In this document: positions 23,063 to 32,400 of the stretch, in pieces
Numbering within the stretch: position 1 is the stretch's first letter
Layout of the letters: the number at the start of each line of letters is the position of its first letter
Source of the DNA: Epithemia pelagica
Lineage: Eukaryota > Protista > Bacillariophyta
Assembly (NCBI GenBank): GCA_946965045.2
Contig: OX337229.1
Span: 310,001 to 374,000 of the forward strand
DNA length: 64,000 bases
Reading direction: 5' to 3'
Program-made: the position numbers and the translations under genes
Notes under the pieces: generated by a model
What the model saw: the letters and a program-made list of their open reading frames with translations, nothing else
Databases searched by the model: none
Told to the model about the DNA's origin: nothing

Positions 23063-23735
23063 CGTCAATGACCCTCACTTTCACCATGAACACACCACAG
23101 AGCAGCTCTAACACGCTGTTACAGCTACAAATTGAATCATTCGCTGTTTAACTCTAGCTCTCTAGCAGCTGATAATTGGAAAGTAGGGTGTGGCAAGAGC
23201 AAGATGGAGCCATCTACTTGAAGCAAAAACAACAAAATGCTCGGTCGTTGAGAGTCGATTGAGAATGATGCTATGAATAATGAATCATCTATCCTACAGA
23301 AGACATGAAAGTTACCAACCAGCCAACAATCAAACAACAGAAGAATTACACGAAGGGGAAAGGGAAAGATATTCCACTTGACCACAAGCAGCTTCTACCT
23401 AGTGTACTCGTACAACATGAGACAAAAATCATGCATGAACAAAGGGTAAGAAGAAAGAAAAGGAGACAACAAGATTAGAAATAAGCAGCAGTAGTGAGAA
23501 GTTAGAAGCGATTCAGCCCAGCATGATCCGTCCATGGTTCTTACCTTACGTTCCTCGGTTTTTGGTTTTTGTGACAGATGAGAACGAGAGGGTTGCCCAA
23601 ATTTCAAATTTATGAGCATTCCGAGGGAACTGGACGCAAGCCGACCTTTATGTAACGGTGTTGGCAATTAGAGATACTTAGAGCTACCTGGAGCAGTGGC
23701 GGGCGACAATGAAAAAAGGATAGGGTTGGGGATTT

Positions 23736-23777
23736 GTCTGGCCGCCTCACCAAAATGGAGGGGATTTAATGGCGAAT
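23736..23777 (-). repeat. 42-bp inverted repeat, right copy (partner 21932-21973)
   Basis: gtctggccgcctcaccaaaatggaggggatttaatggcgaat; exact inverted match. Confidence 0.95.
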
Positions 23778-23940
23778 TTTGTCCGAGTCAAATAGAGTTA
23801 AAAAGTGTAACATAGCTTCCAGTCATAACTGGAATAAACAAGTTATGGCTAAATGAATGTCTTATCTGCGACCCCATGCATGCGTGTCGACGCCCAACCA
23901 ATTATTTCACTTGTTGAACATAATACAATACGAGTATCAT

Positions 23941-24210
23941 TTATTCGTTTGTGAGATGGTTTGGATGGTAGCAAGTGGCAATTGCTGGAAGCGGCAACAA
24001 AACATGATGGGACTCTTCATGGACCAATGCGCTTCTCTTGGAACTTTGGTTGGAAGAATGCGTCGTACGAACCATGACGTTGATTTTTCCTTCTCCATCC
24101 TTGAGTTCGTATTCGGCCGCCTTCAACACCGAGAGCTTGTTGCTGGGCGTCGTCACGGTAAAGGCTTGTGCTACGGCAAGGAATGTGGCGAGAAGGGCAA
24201 TGAATTTCAT
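23941..24210 (-). pseudogene. Probable 5' remnant (or very small product) of a plastid-targeted gene
   Basis: MKFIALLATFLAVAQA-FTVTTPS presequence, then protein-like AAEYELKDGEGKINVM and a possible donor (gttcgt). No convincing downstream exon before the repeat at 23777. Confidence 0.5.
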
Positions 24211-25848
24211 ACTGATGTAGGTAGATATCTTTTCGGGAAGGAACGGTGTGTGTCTGTTGGTGATGATGTTGTGATGGCGGCTTGAGGCACTATCAGGTTA
24301 TGGAAGGAGTCTGACACACGCCACCACCGGTCTCCTTTCTTCACAGTCTCTTTGCGGTTTGTCCGCGTTGGTGTCGGTATTCCAAATTCCATCCGAACAA
24401 AACAAGAGCGATGTTGGAGACATAGAACTCGTGACTGACGTCAGTTTTTGGAATCACGAAGGACGAAGGATATCCGAAGATATAGGGATTGGAACATCGA
24501 AGAAAAACGAATGGCTATGGTGTCTACCCTACCCAAGTCACATAATATTAGAGAACTCTCTAGTGATTCCACTTTTCCTATGGACAAACCTCACTTGAGG
24601 GGAAAGAGGATGAAACAATGGATCCATGCGGGCCAACATCTTGGCTGTTTGCGCTCATGTGAATGAAAGTTTTGCCCATTAGATGATTCAGATTTTGAGA
24701 CAAAAGATAGATATTGGTTCATCGTCAATGAGAGCGACGTGTGTGATAATAATTGTCGGCCACAAACAAATCTTTCTGGAGACTACTGCCTCTTGCACTC
24801 TCTCAGAGGAACTGTGTAATGTGTCACCATCCCGTTAATCGTTACCGTTCGCTTCTGCCTCCCGAAGGTAGTCTCGAGTCGAAGGATCCGAGCCGCAGCG
24901 AGAAACTGTGGATCGTAAATCGTAAAACCACATAATCATACATATACATTGCTTTCCAGAGACGAGTCGCGAATACGACAGGGAGAGAAGAAGCAATAAT
25001 AAGACACCGACCCGACACCCGACAAGTGTGATTGTGATCGGAGATTGGAGGATACGATATAACAAAACATATATTCGACCTACACGCGCTCTCTCACTTG
25101 CTGTTGCGAATGAGGAATCCAAATGGTTCGGGAAGAACATCAAATAAGGGATAAGGGAATAGGGGATGTGATGCACACTTTATTTTGGTCTGACTACACC
25201 TTTTTCTTCTCGCATTGTCGATGGGAAATCGTCACTGGAACAACAAACACAAGCACTTCGAGTGTAACTCGTGGTCGCTTTGGATTATGGATTTTGGATG
25301 GTTCGCTGGATGGATGTCAATAAATCAATTTGATCAATCACCGAACAAACTTGTGTGTTTATTCTCATGTCAGTCGTTGAGAATATATGGTGTGATATAA
25401 GATATCAAATTGAGTCACAATTGGATGGACGTGAAACATGCGAATCCAAAACAACATGATCTTATTGGCTCTTCGTCGAAGAAAAATGTGGAAGAAGTTG
25501 GCAACGGCCGTCATGTTCGGACGTTTTGGATCAACGAGCGGCCATTGAATCTCTTATGCACATCGATCCTCAACGGCCTGTCATGGGTCGGACACTTTGA
25601 GTAAACGGTGAGAAGCAACGCAGATCTTTCTCCTTGGTCGGAGACGTGTCGGCCCAGAAACTTGCTATCGAAACCCTTGAATTTGATCGTAGTCCATCCA
25701 GCATCAGTTTTATTCGTAGTATTATTTGTTCATAACAACTCTATTGCTTCTACCTTCTAGGCATTTATTCAAGGTTCCTCTGGAATACAACCGGTTCTTT
25801 GTACAAATGTGTTTGTTATCGCTCGTCCCCAGACAGGACAACAACTCT

Positions 25849-26066
25849 CTCATTCGCCTTGAGAGAGGGTCTTTCATCTCTGGATCAACCACGAACATGC
25901 AAGTTCCATTGACCACATTGGATACGATAGGGGACAATCCACGATCAATGATTCTCATTCGCCTCGAGGAGAGAGGATCTGTAATAATCTCTGGATCAAC
26001 CACTAACATGGCAACTTCCATCGACACCCTCTGGATACGATAGAGGACATTCCACGATCAATGATT
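25849..26066. repeat. Diverged tandem duplication, units 25849-25953 (105 bp) and 25954-26066 (113 bp)
   Basis: Shared blocks ctcattcgcct, atctctggatcaaccac, tggatacgatag, tccacgatcaatgatt in both units. Confidence 0.9.
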
Positions 26067-26084
26067 TGTCGTTGTCGTCGTCTT

Positions 26085-28595
26085 CTAAGCGAGGGCCAAT
26101 TCTTTTTCGGGTTGTTCCTGTTGTTGTTGTTGCTGCTGCTGCTCGGGTAGGGCTGCCTCCTCGAGTGTGGCTTCCTCGTTGTCTTGTTCTTCGTGTGCGA
26201 CCTCCTGTGGGTGGGCGGTCGCTGCCGCCGCAGTTTCCACCAGCGATGGCGGCAAGGTAAAGTAGTGGTCAAAGTGTTGCACGACTTGATCTCGATAGTC
26301 GTCCGATTGAGCCATGGCCCGTAATACACTCCATGCCAGCAGGAAATCGACCTCATCATCGTGTCGAGCAATCAATTGGGCCGCTTGGGCTGGAGCAAGT
26401 GGCCACGACGACGACGAAGATGTCGTCGTCGGACTGGGGCCAGAACACGTGTCACACGCATTCGTCCCGTTGTCACAGGCCCCGTTCGTTTTTGTTGTTG
26501 TCGAAATGTGTTCGACATCATCTTGATCATATTGGGCCGTATTGTATTTGGGAAAGGCGGACGACTTGTTGGGTTTCGTTTCGGGGAGGGATTGGGACTT
26601 GCTGGTGGTGCTATCCGTCTTGACACGAAACAAGTTCATAAAGTTTTGATCAATGCGATCCTTCATTTGCAAGACCCATTTTCCATACAAGGGAATGCCA
26701 AATCGAAAGCCGACCGCTTGACCAGGTCCACACACGAGTAGTTTGAGAAAATCGTCTTGGGGTTGATAGGAGACCAAGGTCAAGTCTTCTTGTTCTTCTA
26801 GTTCTTCTGTGACTGAGGTTGTAGCTGTAGGACTCGTAGATTTTGGTAATTGTTGTTGTTGTTGTTGTTGTTGTTCTGTTTCTTTTTGTTCTCGTTGCAA
26901 TTGTTGTTGTTGGAGATAGCGGGTCAAGTTTTGAATCAAAATGGGTCCGGCTCGCACGGCATAGACACCGGCCTTGGGGGGCGATTTGCCGTTCCCAACT
27001 TGAATGGAGGCACAATCGCCAGCGGCAAAGACAAAGGGATGCGAGGTGGATTGCAAGGTATCCTGCACTTGAATCCAGCCATGCTCGGTAACCTCCAATC
27101 CCTGATGCTCGTGCAACTGGAAGGCCAAGTCGTGCGCCCCGGCCCCCGTGGCCCAGACACAATGGGTAAAGGGAATCGTGCTGCGGCGTTTCGTCCTTGA
27201 AGTAGTAGCAGTAGTACTAGTAGTACCACCATTCTCTGGAGTATTGTGGTCCTTGGGTTGGAATTCCACTTCCAACAAGTGTTGCGAAACGGCCGTGACG
27301 TGAGCATTGTGTTGCACTTGGATATTGCGTTGGTCCAACAATTGATAGAGGGTTTGTCGCGAGTGTACCGATTGTTCGTGAGGTAACAATTCCGATCCGG
27401 CATCGAGCAAGACGGTTGGATGGGGTTGCAAGCCATCGGCGTGCCATTTGCTGGTAATGGCCATGGACAATTCGACACCGGCGGCTCCCCCACCGACCAC
27501 CACCAATCGAGGACGATCCTCTGTGGATTGCAATGGCTTGCGTTGGGCGGCGGCCACCACCATGTCGTCTCGCGCTTGATTCAAGCGTTCCACGAGTTTG
27601 TGAATGGGCCGCGTCGGAATGGTATACTCTCGCGCACCGGGAATCTCCTTCCAAGCTCGACTGGTACTACCAATATCAATCGACACGGCATCAAAGTCCA
27701 GTTCGTCTCCTTGAGCCGTTCGCACGCGTTTGTGGGTCAAATCCATGTCCACGACCCGGTCGTGGACAAAGGTAATGCCGGAAGCCACCGCCAAGGGCTC
27801 GAGGTGCAACAAGGTTTCGTCGGGTGTATACAAGTGGGCAATGGCACCGGGCACCATGCCGGAATAGGAGGCTGACGCTTGTCCATCAATCAAGGTCACG
27901 TGCAACTGCGACGGTCGGGCTTGGGCGGTCAAGGCCGTAATGACTTGGACATGGGCATGACCACCTCCAATCAAAATCAAATGCTGAGGCTTTGTAGGAG
28001 GAGACGAGGACGAGGACGACGACAATGGAACCGACAGGGACTCGTGGTGGTTGTTTGTCATTGCTGTGGTGGTTTCCGACCTTGTTCTGGTTGCTGGGAA
28101 GGGTGCTTCTTGTTGGGAAAGGTCTTGTTCGTTGTCGTTGTTTTCAAACCTCTGTTGTGCTCGGATGGCCGTTCGTGGGGAAAGGAACGACAACGACGAC
28201 GACGACTTGGACGACGCGGGTGAATGCCCAAACGAGTTTCGGGAGAAAGGACCAATGGCAAAGGCCGATACAGCGACGGTGGGGAGCTCCACTAGTTTCC
28301 ACCCAACAACAACAACAAGAACTAGGAGAATCCACCAAGCTCGTAGCAGTCCGGAACGACGTCTGGTCGTTGTCGTAGTCGGTGTTGTTGTGTCAATCGT
28401 ATGACGGTGGTGGCTTGAAGTGATGGTGGTGATGAATCGAATGGAATTTCCTGTGGAGGATCGATGGCTTGGCCGTCTTCTGTTTCCTCCTCCTCCTCCT
28501 ATTCTTCTTCTTCTGTTGCTTGAGAGTGTTGTTGCGGTCGTCAAGGATTGTTCTGTTTCAAATCGATGCTGTTGTTGTGGTTGTGGTTGGTCCAT
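26085..28595 (-). CDS. FAD/NAD(P)-dependent pyridine nucleotide-disulphide oxidoreductase of the type found N-terminal to SelD (no kinase domain)
   Basis: LIGGGHAHVQV, ASYSGMVPG, DIGS, VVGGGAAGVELSMA, VWATGA, VFAAGDCA, PKAGVYAVRAGP, YQPQDDFLKLL, MKDRIDQNFM. Start uncertain; a hydrophobic segment ending VSA-FAI suggests plastid targeting. Confidence 0.85.
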   Translation of the reverse strand: MDQPQPQQQHRFETEQSLTTATTLSSNRRRRIGGGGGNRRRPSHRSSTGNSIRFITTITSSHHRHTIDTTTPTTTTTRRRSGLLRAWWILLVLVVVVGWKLVELPTVAVSAFAIGPFSRNSFGHSPASSKSSSSLSFLSPRTAIRAQQRFENNDNEQDLSQQEAPFPATRTRSETTTAMTNNHHESLSVPLSSSSSSSPPTKPQHLILIGGGHAHVQVITALTAQARPSQLHVTLIDGQASASYSGMVPGAIAHLYTPDETLLHLEPLAVASGITFVHDRVVDMDLTHKRVRTAQGDELDFDAVSIDIGSTSRAWKEIPGAREYTIPTRPIHKLVERLNQARDDMVVAAAQRKPLQSTEDRPRLVVVGGGAAGVELSMAITSKWHADGLQPHPTVLLDAGSELLPHEQSVHSRQTLYQLLDQRNIQVQHNAHVTAVSQHLLEVEFQPKDHNTPENGGTTSTTATTSRTKRRSTIPFTHCVWATGAGAHDLAFQLHEHQGLEVTEHGWIQVQDTLQSTSHPFVFAAGDCASIQVGNGKSPPKAGVYAVRAGPILIQNLTRYLQQQQLQREQKETEQQQQQQQQLPKSTSPTATTSVTEELEEQEDLTLVSYQPQDDFLKLLVCGPGQAVGFRFGIPLYGKWVLQMKDRIDQNFMNLFRVKTDSTTSKSQSLPETKPNKSSAFPKYNTAQYDQDDVEHISTTTKTNGACDNGTNACDTCSGPSPTTTSSSSSWPLAPAQAAQLIARHDDEVDFLLAWSVLRAMAQSDDYRDQVVQHFDHYFTLPPSLVETAAAATAHPQEVAHEEQDNEEATLEEAALPEQQQQQQQQEQPEKELALA

Positions 28596-29472
28596 GTTCG
28601 GCCTTCTTATTTGCTTTTTGAGCGATTGGGATGTATGCCAAGGAACAAAACCACCTGTCAAAATGCCTTCGGATTTGTGAGCAACTGATGCGTACATCCA
28701 CGCGGTCTGACTCAAGCAAGGATCCCTGTTGGCACGAACATGACGTTCGCCCCAATCCAATACGTGAATGCGAGGGTGTGTGGAATGAGATTACGTCACC
28801 CACCGTAATCTGGCGCAGGAAGTGTTGGTGAATGAGTCACGAGTCACTGCGCCCCCCCCAAAAAAGCCATGAGACCCACACCAACTTATTTGGGGGGCAC
28901 CGCATGTTGTGATTCACTCATTCATTCATTCATTCACATCTTAGACGTCACAATCCATGACTCGAACAACCTCTCTGAAATAGAAGATCTATGTACTCCT
29001 ACTATATTATCTCTCTAACCTAGAGATCAAGACGCCACAGAGAGCAACGACAATGAACAACGCAATGTCCCTCCGCCAAAAAAGAACCGTTGTTTCGATC
29101 CATTGCACGTAAAAATCAAACTGTACTGTCCAAGAAATTGAGATTATCTCAAACGTCGCTGTCAAAGTGTCGAGAAGCAACCCAGCATTCCAAGCTGGCT
29201 ATTTATAGATTCTCTCGCGCAAGACACGATATACCGCACCAGTACAACACATCTTTGGTGGCGGCGGTCATCATCTCTCTGGTCGTGCCTGGTGGATCCC
29301 CTTCTCAAGAAATAATACTAACGGTGTACCTTTGGAAGTGAGAGTCTCCAGAATCCAAACACAAGACGGAACACACACAAGAAACCGCAAGTCTCTACCT
29401 CTAGGAAAGAAACAGGATACCCCACAAAAATCTACGAGAGGCCCTGTCCCACAAAGAACGAAACATTGGACA

Positions 29473-32400
29473 ATGTCATCATCTCCATCCAATAATGAGG
29501 CCGTCTCCCAAGACGCCATGGAGAATGCGGATCCAAACAACGATGAGGAGAATGAGGAGGAGGATATGGATGAATTATTTTCGTTTGGAGTGGCCGATGT
29601 TGCCTCCAGTGCCGATGACGACGATCCGCATCCCACAGTAGTATTGTCCAGGACAGCCTCCTCCTCGTCGGCAACCTCTCCGTCTCATGCCACGAGTCAT
29701 TCGGTCTTGTCACCCGCCTCGTCTTCCACCCACTCCAATCCTCTGCTTGCGGCTTCGGGTTCGTCTCCCCATGCTCCTTCATCCTTGTCTCCTCCCACCA
29801 CCACCCGGATTGGGACTGGTAGTGGCCTCTCTCCTCCACGACCTCGCAAGGACACGTCGGATTCCTTTTTGGACATGCTCAATGCCTCGTCGTCCATGTC
29901 GTCTCCCACCCATTATCGATATGACAATGATCCACAAGAGGACGAGGAGACTCCCCGAAATGAGGAACCACCTCCACAACAACCCTCCTTCTTGAGCATC
30001 CCATCAAACAACAACAATCATCATCAAGAAAACTCCCTCTTGTCGTTCCGACCAGGATCGGGACGTGTCGACCACCTCGACAACAACCACAACAACACTT
30101 CTTGGAATCACAATTCGACTATTGCTACGACGACCCTCCCATCATCGTCCTTGGATCCATCACAACCACCCAGCGAGTTTGATGACGAAACGCAAGACTT
30201 GTTGGATTGGTTGAGTGAAAGTGGAACCACCAAACCAACCACCACCACCACACCCACCAAGGACACGACGACCAACCACAACAACAAGACGAACGAGTCA
30301 TCCTCCCAGTCCATCCAATCTCCAAGTAGTAGTAGTAGAGACCCAAACGAGCAGGAGGACAACGACAACGACAAGAACAACTCCAAGACGGGTGCCCGCA
30401 AAGCTCCGTGGGCATCGCTCTTGCCGCAACGCAGTCAGGACAAGGAAACAGACCATAACCAGATGCCAACGCTCGACGACGCCGAGAACGACGACACAAT
30501 ACCATCTTCTTCTTCTTCGAGTATCCATCATACCTCCACCAGTACGACACCACCACCAAGTCCTCCGTTACCCAAAACCTTACCATTGGCCTTGGCCTCC
30601 TCCGAAACCTCCGTATCCCAAATACGACAATTGGCGATTGGGACCAAACTTGTGCCTCGTAGTAATAGTGGTGATAGTACTACGAATACTACGACGACAC
30701 CACCACCACTCGACGACGAAAATAACAACGACAACAGGAACAAGACCTTGTCGGAATGGATAGCGGAACAACCCTCGTTGCGTTCCGAATTGTATTGTCG
30801 ATTGGTGTGTGGGAACAAATCCTTGGCGCACATTCAATCGTCCAGTTTGGCCGATGCCTTTTCCTCCTGGGACTTTGAATCCAGTACGGTCGCCCACACG
30901 TGGATACCAGTTGCCACACGCTATTGTCTGGAAACCATGCCGCCGCTGGAGCAACAACCGCAAGAGTCTGCCCATGATACGCTCCAGCAGGATTTGATGA
31001 AACTCCTTGCCTACCATTCCAACAACAATCAGCACAAGGATAGTAGCTCATCGTCGTCGTCGTCCAATTCCATGGATGTGTTGATTCCCTGTGTGGCGCG
31101 CGTCTTGTTGGCGGCAGGAATTCCCGTGGCGGCCGCCAGTGTCGTCTTGGGTCAAGTCCAAGCACAAGTCATGCCACTCTTGGCCTTGGATCCCCACGAA
31201 GAACGATGGGAAGCAGCTCTCTCCTTGCATCATGCCCTCTACCTGTTGGCAGCCTACCATTTGCCTCTCCTCGTCGTGCATTTGGATCGACACTTGCCCG
31301 GATGGTTTGCTCCGCAACAACAACCACAACAGCAATCCACAGAACCGGCGGGGGGCCCCAAACCCACCACCAAGGCGACCAGGGAATCTTCGGCGTCGTT
31401 ATTGTTGACCAATGCCACGGAACGAGCCCGTCATTGGGAGAAACAGGGTCAAATTCCACCTTCCTGGTTACTCAGTTTCTTGTCGGGTCAAGTGGTTCTT
31501 CCCAACGAGGAGCAGGAGGAGGAGAATCCAGAAGGACCATCGGCATCCGAAACCAGCAAGGATTCAGCGTCCTTGTCGTCGTCCTCGTCCTTGCCCCTGT
31601 CGCAAATTTTGCACTTGTGGGATATTCAATTGGTCGCAGAACGTCCTCAACAAGCCTTGTTGCGGTACTTTTTAACCTTGGCCGTACTGGAACGAGCGGC
31701 AGATGATTTGATTTTGGTCACGGGACAAGAATTGCAGCACCAATTGCAACAAGCTTTTGCCCTTTCGGGCTTGACAAAGACCCATGACGACCATGACGAC
31801 ACTGATCCGGACGAAATGAACCTGGATCGTTGGTTTCACTATGGCTGGTTGTTGGCCGCACGTGCCTTGTGGCGTGCCACACCCATTACAGTTTTGGAAC
31901 GGTTGGTGACGGCCGAAGATGAAGCCGTCCAAACGGCATTGCAAGTGCGACAAGCGCGGGCTGAGGCAGCCCTCAAGGCTCGATTGCAAGCCGAAGCCGC
32001 AGCCCATGCCCGACAACAAGAAGCCAAGGCCGAACAAGCTCGACAACGGTTGACCCGGGCTCGATTAGTCGCCTTTTATCGCAAACATGCACCGGAAAAA
32101 GAAGCCAACATTGACAAAATATTATCCAACTATGCCGGTCGATTGGAGATTTTGGATGCAAAACTCTTTAAAAAGTATGGGGAATCCTTTGAACCGGCCT
32201 TGGGGAACAACAACAAAGGGACATTGACCAAAAACAAACTATCGGGCCAACAGAGGGCAACTTCTACATCCGCAACTGGAAATGACAAGAAACCACCATT
32301 GCCACAGCCTCACAAACGTTCCAAAAGCTTGTTGGGATTGGGAGGACGCAAGAAATCGGCGACGGTGGAGGACGAAACGCAAGACGATGCCGACGATGAA

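Noticed and set aside
25520-25740. Coding-like stretch DQRAAIESLMHIDPQRP...*VNGEKQRR
   Set aside because: Internal stop, no start and no identifiable homology; at most a relic.
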